Shown here: positions 1 to 12,001 of the stretch, one piece after another
Layout of the letters: each line of letters starts with the position of its first letter
Position numbering within the stretch: the stretch's first letter is position 1
Assembly (NCBI GenBank): GCA_030248215.1
Contig: JASANG010000424.1
Location: 248,001-312,000 of the forward strand
Source of the DNA: Enoplolaimus lenunculus
Taxonomy: Eukaryota
Reading direction: 5' to 3'
DNA length: 64,000 bases
Translations under genes and position numbers: made by a program
The notes under the pieces: generated by a model
The model's input: the letters and a program-made list of their open reading frames with translations, nothing else
Databases searched by the model: none
Told to the model about the DNA's origin: nothing

Positions 1-97
1 AATAAAACACGCGCTGATGGATCCGGCCTATATTTGGCACATATAAAGCAAAAAATCTATATTTTAAGACTTGCATCGCAAAACAAAATATAGCCTA

Positions 98-462
98 CTG
101 TAGTGACCCGAATATAAGGGGGCTGATATTTATTTGGCCTCTCCAGATGGTACCCCCTTGTTATTCGGTTACGGACTGTTTCCGTTAAATTAAACGTTTA
201 TCTGTCTTGTGTCAATAGCTTGAGCGATAATACAATGTTATACTTAGGAATGTATTTCCCAAATTTAAGTACACTTTAAAGTTTCGAACTCAAATTGTTT
301 GGTCCTGAAGTCATTTATACGCTACAATTAGGGTTAATTGACATTTATGGACTCCAGTTAGGGTTTAGGGACTCTATCCGCTTGCGGACTCTTATTAGGG
401 ATACGGACTCCTATATTGATTCGGACTCAAAATGGGGACCCCTCTTCTTCGGGTCAATACAG
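98..462. mobile_element. MITE family A (TA target duplication, Tc1/mariner-like)
   Basis: TIR CTGTAGTGACCCGAA.../...TTCGGGTCAATACAG flanked by TA. Fragments occur at about 12340-12480, 34926-35090, 35879-36148, 37643-37804 and 58436-58735. Confidence 0.85.
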
Positions 463-1037
463 TACCTCGGAATGACAACTACCCACGCACGTTCAAGGAA
501 ACACAGCGACTACTGTATATACACTTCAAAAAATGGTGAGTCAAATTAACTGTTTCCAAAATATAAGTTGAATTTTGACTCAGTTTGTGTAGTCCGGAAA
601 AGCCTATTTTGGAAGAGTCAATTTGACTCACCATTGTTTGCGGTGTGGTTAAACTTTTAGAAAACGTTTCGTTTGGCATTTGAAAGCATACGGCAAAGAA
701 AACAAAATCACATTAACAATAGTTTTCAGTGATGGTTTCGAATCTTATCAGTATTTATTAATAATTTGAAGTGCACGTAACGACACAAACGCCGTAAATA
801 CGACTACTATTCCAGTAGTCTTATCAGTTTTATACTACCACATCGTAAACAACGCGATATCAAAAATCGGTTGTAATTTTGTAAATAAATTTACGTTTGA
901 AGCTTATACGATAGCAATCAGTGGCAGATCAAAGTGTCATGGAAAGGTGTAGCTGCCCACCGGCCCCGTCGTGCTAAAAATTTTGCGATTTAGTTTAAGC
1001 AGAGACTCAAGCTATGTTCTTTATGCGGGGTTCATGT

Positions 1038-2312
1038 GATGTTCACGTTATAACGGGGGAAGCTTGGAACACGTTTTGCCCAAGTTGATTTGACGTCAAC
1101 ATAAAATTTTGAGATCTGAATAGCGGTTATGTAGACAAACCGTGAATGTCACATGACATTAACTTACAAACCACTGATCTCAAGCGATCATCGTACACAA
1201 ATAGCCATTTGTTATATGATATATACTGCGAGAAATTTCTGTGAATATCATATGATATTCCAAAATTCTACTAAATATATGATATTATACAAGACAATGG
1301 AATTTGTGCGCGCTAATAAAACAGTAAAAAGTAAGATAATGCAGCATTAAATGATTTCGAAAGTTGAAATAATAGCTTCTACGATTTTGTTTCTCGCTGA
1401 ATTTTTCCCAAAATATATTCCTAAGTACAAATAATTCAAATTTCAAATTTTAGTATCATATGACATTCTACAAGACAATCAAGCTGATTTACCACAACTT
1501 TGCAGACATTTTCAAAGATATCATATCATACTCGCAGACAATATTTGGAATATCATATGATATTGCAGACAAACAGTAGATGTCACATCAGGATAGCAGA
1601 CAATTCAAATCTTTTGAATCTGATAGCGGAAAAACAATCAGACAAAATGTTACAAGCAATAGTCATAGGGACAAAACGTGTTCCAGGCTGCCCCAGACAC
1701 GGTACAACCGGGGCAGCTTGTAACACGTTTTGTCCCTGAGACTATTGGGTAAGATTTTGTCTGCTTGTAGACCCCATGTTGTATACAAAAATTTGTATTT
1801 GTCCGCTAGTTTTGTTCTTCAATATAATATGATACTCGAGGTATTGTCTGCTAATATCATAAAAGATATATTTTCAAATGTCTCCATGCTTGAGGTAAAC
1901 ATACCCAAGTTGTTCTGTTGAATATATGTATATGTGGTACTAGAATGTGAAATTTAGAATTTTTGAATTATGAAGCTGTGGTTAGAGATTTTGTGTCGGA
2001 AACTTTTTACACTGCGTGTAGTATTTGATACTGAAAGCAAATCTTGCCTCTACCGTTCGACTTTTCATTAGCACCCAAAGATTACACTGTTCCGCTGAAT
2101 ATCATATAATATTCGTTGAAATTTTGGAATATCATATGACTTTACCGTCCCTTGTACACGTTTAATCATTTGAGAACGGTGGTTTGTATTAAGCTAATGT
2201 CATATGACATTCGAGGTTTGTCTGTTGACCCGGTAAGAGCCCGGATTTTAACGTGGACGTCGAATCCAACATGGGACAAACCATGTCCGCCTGCCCTGGT
2301 AATGTGAATACC
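1038..2312. mobile_element. Two family-D MITE copies in inverted orientation (about 1038-1696 and 1703-2312)
   Basis: Terminal motif GTTCACGTTATAAC.GGGGCAGC..GGAACACGTTTTG; homologous to 9975-10640. Confidence 0.75.
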
Positions 2313-3162
2313 ACACTAGTAAGCAGAGCCTCAAACTATGCTCTATTCAAATATAATACCCAATATTCAAACGTTTTACGCCTTCGGAGCAATTCATCAA
2401 TCTTAAAATATCGATAACTTATAATCGAGTTTTAAAATTTTAAGTTTTGGAAGACTGTTTCCTCCAACACCGGAACATGCTACGGTTCAAAAAAATTTTA
2501 AGTTTTGGAAGACAAGAGCAAGCGACAAAGACAAAAAGGAAAAATCATGGATTTATTCGTTTTGTTGCAAGAATCATAGGAGGACGCAGCGAATTTACGA
2601 TTTTTTCCTATCAAGTACATCCATGTTTGCCTTACTTTTCTTTTTTCATAGACAATATATCACAGCTGTTTCGTTTTATACCGTACGATCTTGCCACACA
2701 GTTGTTTATACGCGATGTAGTTTTAGTTCGCTTTCACAGTGCGGTGTGAAAACAGTTTTGTCTAAAATTTAAATCAATTTTCAACTTTTAATAGATGTGA
2801 AATATCTGCATACGAAGGGTGTATTTTGTTGTAATCAAGGGCCCACATGAAGTTCACATCCCTCTTCTGCGAATGTTAGAAAATCTATTACCAACTAGTG
2901 ATAAGTACTATAAGCATTCGATAATACGACTTTCGACCGTTAATTATTTAGCTAGTACAATAGATTATAGTTACGCAATATTAAAAAGTTGTTAGGAATT
3001 CAGCTTTGCGTTGTTTAACCGCATTATCTGTTATTTTTAGCATCGCACTATAGTATTTGTTGGAAAATTGTAGTGCTGAAGGCCTAAGTCTGTACAACTT
3101 TGATATAATTATTCTCAGAAGCATTGTGAAACATTTTGCGTTGAACTCGAAACCAGTCTCGT

Positions 3163-3583
3163 CAGTGGCGGATCCAGGATCTCACAATGAGGGGGCAAAA
3201 TTTCATAGATAGTAAACTTATTTTGACCCACACACAAAGCACGAACTATTGCCATAAAACTGACTTCTTAACGTTCGTTCAATTGAGATGAATCACAAAT
3301 ATAACTAACGCATCAATGCAATTTAGATCTAAAGAACAGGTTGGCAACATAAGTTCAAAATTGGTTTCAAACAGGCACTAATTTGAAGGCTCGGATTCGG
3401 AAGCCAATTCACTTTGGAAAAGCAAAATCCAGTCAGCTTCTGCAACACCTGTTTCTGTTTTTGAATAAGTTAGAAATGCCTGCTATTTTCGGAACAGCGT
3501 AGAACAGCAATTGACACTATATAATTTTTGTTGAGATGCTTTGGGGTGCCGCGGCCGGGGTGACCCCCATGGATAAGCCATTG
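3163..3583. mobile_element. hAT-like MITE
   Basis: CAGTGGCGGATCCA / TGGATAAGCCATTG imperfect TIR; degenerate 8-bp TSD agtctcgt/gctctcgt. Confidence 0.6.
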
Positions 3584-3794
3584 GCTCTCGTAAACTTGGT
3601 TTTGCCGATTTTCATTTCTACTTGCGTACTGTATCTGTGGCATATTTCAATAAATGTGAACACGGTTATATGGAACATCGTAAAACATGGAAGAACCAAG
3701 ATACATGTGTATGTCAGAACTGTACGATCGGGACGACCCTTTCCTCGAAGTACTGTGAATATACATGATTTTCCTCTTAATTCTTCGACAGATA

Positions 3795-3867
3795 TGGCCA
3801 CGCCGGGAATCGAACCTCGGACCTCTCGCTCGCGATTCAAGCGCGCTACCCATTACACCACGCGGCC
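3795..3867 (-). pseudogene. tRNA-like sequence (CGC at the anticodon position) inside a dispersed repeat at about 3738-3965; second copy about 43162-43394
   Basis: 7-bp acceptor stem GGCCGCG/CGTGGCC, A box TGGTGTAATGG and B box GGTTCGATTCC. The anticodon stem is mismatched and the T stem bulged. Both flanks are shared with the 43-kb copy. Confidence 0.7.
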
Positions 3868-4023
3868 GATATCCTAATTTCTTCTGGTGGTATATGTGCA
3901 CAAGTATATATATATGTCTTAACATTACACACTCTGCACATACACAAGCCGCGTATACCCACAGTGTATAATGTTGAGGTTCTTATAAGGCAAAAAACAG
4001 AAAAACTCCGCAGTTGATTGTGA

Positions 4024-4091
4024 GGCGGCGTGGCTCGGTGGCTAGCGCGCTGGACTGATAAACTGTGGACCGAGTTCGAAACCTCCTGGGA
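4024..4091 (+). pseudogene. Degenerate tRNA-like or SINE-head sequence
   Basis: A box TGGCTCGGTGG and B box GTTCGAAAC at tRNA spacing; the stems do not pair properly. Confidence 0.45.
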
Positions 4092-4311
4092 ACGTCCCTC
4101 ATTTTCAGCTGCTAACTCAGAACTAAAAACCGTCGTACCCTAGACTATCAAACTTATCACATTGCATATTTTAATAGCCTAGGTTTTGAATACGACACCG
4201 TCGGTTCAGGCGAATCTGAGTCGGGACCGAACGAAGGGAATTTTGGATCTCCACGGAAATTTACGCAGGCTTAACCTTAGATTTTGCTATAGCTCAAGTA
4301 ACAGCATATCA

Positions 4312-4897
4312 GTCTGGGTAGGAACTGGTACATCAGACATTTAACTAAACAGCTGGAAAAGCGGGCCTCCAAAGCTGGGATAGAACTCTCAAACTACGGA
4401 TTCGTAAGCGAACACTCTACCACTGCGCCACGTAGCCCTCCTATCCAACTGCTTTTATCGTCGACTATATGTCGCCAAGTATGCTGCCGGCAAGCATACT
4501 ACAAATATAGCATATGCACCAGCACTGGCATGTCTCACATGCTTACATGCCCCAAATTTCAACAAGGTCGTCCCTTCACTATTTCCGATTGAATACCGTG
4601 TTCGAAGCGCGAAAATTGACCATTGCGCTCACGGTGTGGTTCCCATGTCAGTCTAGGTGGGAACCGGGACTTCAAAACTTTTCATTACGCAGGTGGAAAA
4701 GAGTGTTACAGGTGGTTCGAACAAGCGACCTTCTGTGTGTGTCAAGCAGACGCTGTTACCACTGCGCCACGTAACCCGCTTATCCAACTACTTTTTTGTC
4801 GACTATATGTCGGCAAGTATTCTGCCGGCAAGCATACTACAAATGTGCATTGCGTATGTTGCATATGCACCAGACTGGCATGTTTCACATGTTTACA
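4312..4897 (-). repeat. Two copies (about 4312-4548 and 4650-4897) of a repeat with an internal tRNA-like cassette; third copy about 13384-13599
   Basis: Shared ccactgcgccacgt (minus-strand A box TGGCGCAGTGG), gtcgactatatgtcg and gcatgtctcacatgcttac. B box GTTCGAACC in the 4650 copy. Confidence 0.7.
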
Positions 4898-6219
4898 CGA
4901 CACGGAATGCCACTTTACAAGTATTCCATATAAAACTAATTTTTAACAAAAAATTAGTTTCTAGTTGTACTAATCTTTACAGCCAGCGGCTGAACAAAAC
5001 GATTCAATAACGACGAAGTAGCAAAATAACTCACGCTGCGTCTCACGACCATTTACTGTGCTACGACCGAAAATAACACGTAAATGCACAACACGAAACT
5101 GTACGCGAAAACGCGTAAACTCGCAAATAACAAAAATGACAACTAAAGACGCAAAACAAAGCTTACTATTAGCTAGCTATTCAAAGCATAACCCAACATG
5201 AAATCCAACCGAAAATGGTTAAATCATACACACGACGCTCCTTGGGTTTAGCGGAAGTAAAATCAATATAATGTTCAAGTTGGGCGCGAATATACTAAAA
5301 TTTCGCAAAAATAATGTGTACTGATTTCCCTCCTAAACCAAAGGAATGCCGAACAGTCGGTGGGGGACTCGAATATGAGGTGGGTTGAACTTTCAAGTCA
5401 TCCGAGTTAGCTCCGATGCCAAAATTTTTGAAATTTCGTAAGGCCGCCTAAATGCTGGATAGCAAGAGAGTGAATCAAGTCAAACCATGTTCGAGATAAC
5501 TATATACCAGATAAAGGGAATACTCGCAGTAAAAAGCTAGAAACATTGTCTCAACAACAGTGATATGCCAACACCGAGCCCTTCTTTTGGTCGGTCCCAT
5601 AACGGGTGGGTTTTGGGGTATGCTAAACGCGGCCTTGGTCGTCTGTATGTGTCGTTGGGACATTTTGAGTGCTTTGTAATTGAAATTAAATAATCGTCAA
5701 TTAGAAAAAATCGCCTGCTGAAGTCGCTTCAATACAGGTAGGACATATATTGGTATCCTGAGCGTGCGTGCGGAGGAAAAACTGACTAGCATGGTGGCAA
5801 CAAAAATTCGGATTCGGATGCGGCAAAATTGGCGGTTCTGATTCGGTTGTGAAAACTTGAATTTTAAACAATAAAGTTTTTCTATAAATTGCTACGTACA
5901 CAAACGAGTATTATTTGTTTTGAATTACAAATTTTTGGTCAGAAAAGTACGTTGATTTGCTGGAATAAGAAATGTTATTTATTATGCATGTCCTTATTTG
6001 TGAAGAATTGCCATTACCAACTTAAAAGTTTTGCGGCTGGTATTTCGTTGGTATTCTGAAACTAATTGTCCCTATATCAGACACTTGCAAAATACAACAT
6101 TCGTAGTTGAATGCGGCGCCTCTCTGCTAATTAGGCTGAGCCAATTTCATGGTTATACGGAACCCAAAAGATGTTACGTACATATATATGCATTTTTCGA
6201 GGAGTATTCGAGATATAAA

Positions 6220-7954
6220 ATGGCAAGTAAAACTAAATCTAAATATTCAAAATCATATGCATCGAGTAGCACTGCAGGTAGCAATGTAAGTAGCGGCGCT
6301 AGCGCTTCGCTGGCAGAATCTGGTTCAAGCGACAGTACTTTTTGGCAAACTGCAGAGACGTCTGGATTAAATTTAGCGAGTAGTGCTAGTAACTTTGTGA
6401 AAGTCTGGGATCCGCTTTCCTGCAGTAAGGACTGGGATCGTCAAACGCCGTCTCCAATTGCTTTGAATCGGATCAAGCGCGATCTTAGCACATTCTTTGC
6501 CGATCCACCGACAGGTACGCGTGTTTTGTTATGTGTCGTAAAACCTTGCTTGATCTATATTCGCTAGAATTGTAGTCAAGTCAAAATTGCATAAGCTACA
6601 TATATTAAGCTACATATATATTACTCTTCTGACTGTTTAGAATACCGAAGCAATTGTTCTACGGGTTGTTTTTTCATGTTTTCTAAAAAGACGAAAAGCG
6701 CATTTGTAAAGTTTCTAATTAGTTACTTTTTGGAAGCTAGCATCGCGACCAATTTCTCTGTACAGTAGAAATTTTAAAAAACATTTGAGGTATATTTTGG
6801 TAGTATGTGTGATAACTGCCTTTTAATTGCACAAATAGTACACAGCCTTGGCTTAAAGTGTGCATCTGCAAGAGTCGTTTAAATGAGTTTTGTTTTCAGG
6901 AATATTTATCGTTCCGGACGAGTCCAATGTTACACTGATACACGCGCTGATAATCGGTCCGTACGATACACCTTACGAAGGCGGGTTTTTCCATTTTATT
7001 CTTCGATGTCCGCCCGATTATCCTATCCGGCCACCTCGTGTACGACTAATGACCACCCACGGTGGCAGGGTTCGATTCAATCCAAATCTGTACGCCGACG
7101 GCAAAGTTTGTCTGTCGATTTTGGGAACTTGGTCAGGACCCGCGTGGACCCCAGCACAGTCGTTTTGTTCGGTATTGATTTCTATTCAGGTAATTTTGTA
7201 GAATGTATATATAATGAGAGCTAAATAGCATATGACGTACTTTGACGTGTATAATATAAGTTGGTTGCATTGTTATCTTTCTAACATATTTAAGTAAGTA
7301 AAACTAGGTTTTATAAAATACGGGAGAATTCCGGTGCCGGTCGATGTATACACAACAAGCGTTATTTTTGTGGTTTAATTTGAAATGTCTATTTTTACTT
7401 GTGATATTGGTGCGTTAAAATTTTTGTTGTGTTTTTTCTCCAATTTTTATTGTCTGTCTATAAATGTTTTGAACTTTTAACAGTCGCTAATGAACGAACG
7501 CCCGTATCACAACGAGCCCGGCTACGAAACCGAGCATCGACCTGGCGATTCGGCACGCTACAATCGTATGATCACGTACCAGACGATCCGTGTCGCCGTT
7601 TGCGACGCGCTTGAGTCGCACACTGCGACGCCGGCGCCTTTGGTCGACGTAATGCGACAATCGTTTGCGCAGTTCTATTTGTCATACGCTGCATCTCTGT
7701 CTGAACTTGAAACGTACGATGGATGCGCGTTAAACGATCCGTTTGCACAAAACGTCGGCAAATTTCAAATCGCCGATGTCAGACGCCGCCTGGCGACGCT
7801 GTGGTCCCTATATGGTCCACCGGGGGAACCGGAACCGACACTAGAAGATGCTATGAAGTTTCCTAACGACGCGGATTCGGATGTCGAAATTTTAGAAGAC
7901 GCTGTCGGTAGCGACGGGAGAAAGGCGAGCGACGGCGGGGACCGAAGAAAGTGA
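6220..7954 (+). CDS. UBE2Z: Ubiquitin-conjugating enzyme E2 Z (USE1), 351 aa, 3 coding exons: 6220-6514, 6900-7189, 7484-7954
   Basis: GT-AG junctions (acag|gtacgc...tttcag|ga; ttcag|gtaatt...taacag|tcg) join three ORF-track fragments into one frame. The product has RIKRD...[43 protein letters not shown] (catalytic Cys), [20 protein letters not shown] and the C-terminal extension TIRVAVCD...DPF typical of UBE2Z. Confidence 0.93.
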
Positions 7955-8015
7955 TGGGAGCGGAGAAAAAGACGTGAGATTTTTGTTTCGGTTGTGTCAA
8001 ATGCTCGCCGTAAAT

Positions 8016-9143
8016 TATCTGTTTGCGAGAATGCTAGCGGTATCTGTTTGCGAGAATGCTAGCGGGAGTGTTTAGAGATGAAAGGTATTGATATAGAAGA
8101 AATGTATTGATGTTTCTAGCATATCTAAAGAATGTATTTTGGATGTGTCCGAATAGTATAATAATCGCAGTAGCATTGTAGCATTGAAAAGAAAGTTGAA
8201 ATTCTGGAAGCTGCAGGATTATATATTTTGAGTTGGTCCTGGACCAGAAAGGCGGCTGTTAGATGTAAGAGTAAGTCTAAACTTCATTCTGAGTTAAATC
8301 CTACATCTCAAACATGTAAGGCAACCGTTAGTCAAACTGTGGGAACAGCAAATTTTGATCGGGACCTGTTCAATGTGCATTAAAGTTTTATTTTTAGGAT
8401 TTTCTGAGACATTAGTCCATTTTTCTGCAATTGCTTAGTGTATAATTTACTCGGTCATTTTGAGCGTCGGATCTTATAAGACACAGAGTGCCTGTGCGAG
8501 AGGTAAAACAGGGAAATTGAACTTTCTATCAGAAACATTGGACTGGTGCAATCCAGACTAAGAGTTGTAAACGGAATTTATAGAAATATGCATCTGACTG
8601 CCGAATTATAGTTGTTACGCCGCATTAGATGTTTAGGCACATATCAATTTTAATGGTTTAACTTTTTTACGTTCAGTAATTTTAGCTTAAAATGTGTAAA
8701 AAAGTGAATTGGATATCACAGCAGCAAAAAAACCGCTTTGAAATTGATTCTATTAGTGATTTTTCAGCTGTGCATATTGTTATGTTGTATGTTACATTTA
8801 AAGCATTCCGGCTGTAATTTGAAAGAGTTGTGTAAGAGTATTTTTGCAGCTTTTAACGCTCAGCTGTAATTTGAAAGAGTTGTGTAAGAGTTTTTTTGCA
8901 AGTTTTAACACGCTGATTTTACTCTTACTTTTCTAGGCCGTGGTTTTGGTCATTCTAGAGTGTAATTTTTGCAAATATGGTTTTCATGAAAACTTTACTA
9001 CATATTTCAGCTTCTTACCAAGTTCAACCCTACTGTCTTGTAAAGTATTTTTGCTTCAGTATTTAAGACGCCGAAACCAAAATGATTTCGACAGATACTT
9101 AAGCTAGAAATGATTTCGACAGATACTTAAGCTAGAAATGATT
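8016..9143. repeat. Three small tandem duplications downstream of UBE2Z (25 bp near 8016, about 52 bp near 8810, 28 bp near 9080)
   Basis: Direct reading. Confidence 0.8.
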
Positions 9144-9974
9144 GACAGTAGTCAACGGCCCTGAGTTTGTTTTTAGTTTCAATATTATCTCTATGTAAGA
9201 TGTGTTTGCTACCCAAACGAGTTACAATTGTCGTTGTTGATTGTTTGTTTCGATTACATACTTATTATATGTAGTAGTTTTTTGCATATATTTTTAGTAA
9301 TGGGTCATCCACGTTACAGTGTTTGTGTTTTCACATGGTCTCTCGGAAGGGACTTAAAAATGTATTCATTTTAACATGTTGGAAATATGTGTATATATTT
9401 ATTTTGTTTCGAGTTCTCAACTTTGTAAAAAAAGTGTGGCTGCTGTCCCGTCCCAACATCATCTGTAGAGACTCAGGACAAGGTATACTCATGAAGCACG
9501 CTCTCTGCACTGTACGTACACCTAATCTCAGGTTACAGTGCTGTTATGTAACCCAGTCGAATTTGCATCCGCGTAGACATTATAACATGGATGATCCATA
9601 AGTTTGAGTTGAGTCTTCCTACCCGGTAAAAATGCTTTTGTATTTATTCCTGTGTTTCACAGTGTTTAAAGTATTAGAAACTAACGTTTTAGGGACATTT
9701 GAATTTTTGTCAGCGCACAGTCCGACTACGGGTTGAGTGCCAAGTTATTATAAGAGAGATCCAACACCGTATGTGGATTCAATGTTTTGCTATTGAAGAT
9801 TTTGGGTGACAAAGCATAAACAAGGTTATACTAAAAATTGTGAAAGGCTGAAAACCGCTAAAAAATTTCAGTGTTAAGATTCAAAAATTCGTTAAAGGTT
9901 ATGGTGTTTGGGTTCGTCGCTAGTATAGTAACCTCGGCTAATGTAAAGAACAGGGGCGGAACAGTATATAATGT

Positions 9975-10640
9975 GGGGTTCACGTTATAACTGGGGCAGC
10001 GTGGAACACGTTTTGTCCCTATGACTATAGCTGGTAACATTTTGTCTAATCGTTTATCCGCTATCAGATTCAAAAAATTTGAGTTGTCTGCTATCCTGGT
10101 GCGACATCTACTGTTTGTACTGCAATATCATGATATTCCAAATATTGTCTGCGAGTATCATATGATGTTTGAAAATGTCTGCAAAGTTGTGGTGAACTAG
10201 CTTTATTGTCCTGTACAATGTCATATGATACTAATATTTGAAATTTGAGTTTTTTGTACTTTAGGAATATATTTTGGGAAAAATTCAGCGAGAAACCGAA
10301 ATGTAGCAGCTAATTCAACTTTCAAAATCATTTAATGCTGCATTATCTGACTTTTTACTGTTTTTTATTAGCGCGCTCAAATTCCATTGTCCTGCATAAT
10401 ATCATATGATATTTAGTAGAATTTTGGAATATCACATGATATTCGCGTACATGTCTCGTCATATGACAAATGGCTATATGTATGCGATGATCGCTTGAGC
10501 TTAGTGATTTGTAAGTCAACGTCATGTGACATTCACATTTTGTCTACATAACCGCTGTTCAGATCACAAAATTTTATGTTGACGTCGAATCAACTTGGAC
10601 AAAACGTGTTCCAAGCTGCCCCAGATATAACGTGAACACC
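9975..10640. mobile_element. MITE family D (about 665 bp, roughly 45-bp TIR) nested in a family-B MITE spanning 9936-10800
   Basis: TIRs ggggttcacgttataactggggcagc / gctgccccagatataacgtgaacacc. The host element has an 8-bp TSD gtaacctc/gtaacttc. Confidence 0.85.
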
Positions 10641-11703
10641 GCATAAGCATATGCCTAAATCTAAGCCTAGGCCTAAGCGTCAGAATGAGCATATTCCTAA
10701 GCCTAAACCTAAGCCAAGCAAAAAATTAGTCGAAAGCGCTTAAGCTTACTCTATTCTAGTCAAACAGAGAAACTCTGCGCCCCTGATGTTTACATGTGCC
10801 GTAACTTCTATATTTTTATATACTATACATAACACTTGAATACTACATATTTTACGACTCATTAATAAAACGTTCTTGTTTACTGATTTTAGAGCAGCTA
10901 AAGACTATTGGGGAAAACACTGTAAATACACCGAATGCTTGTTACTTGGTTCAATTCCTGATAACAGTACGTAATTGAAACCTGAGTCGGAGTAAGAGTT
11001 GACAATTTTTTTAAGAAACAGGATGTCAGATAATAAAAATTATCAAATATCTTTGAAGCTATAGATTGAAATAGCATCCGTAACGTATTTAAAATTTAAT
11101 TAAAGTATGATCATCGAGCACTGATTAATTCTCATTGGAAAACAAATCCATATGTGATTGTTTAAACCGGAGTGTAGCTTCAAATTTAATAGTAATGTGC
11201 ATTAAATATTTTTATTGCCGGCAACTCAATTTTTAGCGGATGTGTCTTCACCGGAAACACTTGCACTACATATGAAATATGTTGTCTTTTATTCAAGAAA
11301 TGTCTACAATTATATAGAATTATGTCTAAATCCAGACATTTATTTCCTGAATTCGACTTTATTTCTGAATTTTTTAGCAATATGACTCTGAAATTATCAC
11401 ACTTAAATGATTTAAATTTAAGGCTTCGTTTTACTAAACGATTAAGGCAAATATTTCTGAAATGTAAGACATATTTCTGAGATACAAAACAAACATTTAC
11501 CAGAGAAACCGACTCCGAAATGGGGGCTAAGTTCAACCGAATATAATTTTACAACTTATGATGAGTCTATGACGTAAACTTAAGTTAAGGTAGCCTCTCA
11601 TTAAGATTTTTGATTTTCTCCGATTACAAAAACGAAAGATTGTTTTTGATATCTGAAAGCCCTGTATTTTTGACACGATTCCTTTATATTTCGAAATTGT
11701 TAA

Positions 11704-11976
11704 GCCCTATTCACACGTGCAAGTTTTTACTGCGAGAACTTGCAGTTGAAAATTGCTCGCAGAAGTTGCATTTTTTTATAAGCCAATGAGAAAGCGGCTG
11801 CAATAAATTCGTTGAACTTGCACGATTATTCGCAAATGTGAACTAAATTCCTAGCTTTGATTTTTAATGAATTATTTGCAGCTGCAAATTTATCGAACGT
11901 CATTTCGGACAAAACTTACAACTGCAAGTTGCAGCTGCAACTTCTCGCAGCAATAACTCGCACGTATGAATAGTGT
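11704..11976. mobile_element. Palindromic MITE (PIF/Harbinger-like); relative at about 34577-34765
   Basis: ctattcacacgtgc...gcacgtatgaatag inverted ends with internal tgcagttgca repeats. Confidence 0.65.
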
Positions 11977-12001
11977 TGTAAACTGTTTGAAAATCATTCG
12001 T

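Noticed and set aside
295..549. Short ORFs overlapping MITE family A (also 12299, 34924, 57175, 58672)
   Set aside because: They lie within a non-autonomous repeat and show no transposase motifs.
3795..3867. Functional tRNA-Ala(CGC) gene
   Set aside because: Lacks the G3:U70 Ala identity pair, has a defective anticodon stem and bulged T stem, and belongs to a dispersed repeat. tRNAscan-SE would settle it.
5475..5663. 62-aa ORF divergent from UBE2Z
   Set aside because: Plausible ATG context, but no recognisable homology or convincing further exons.
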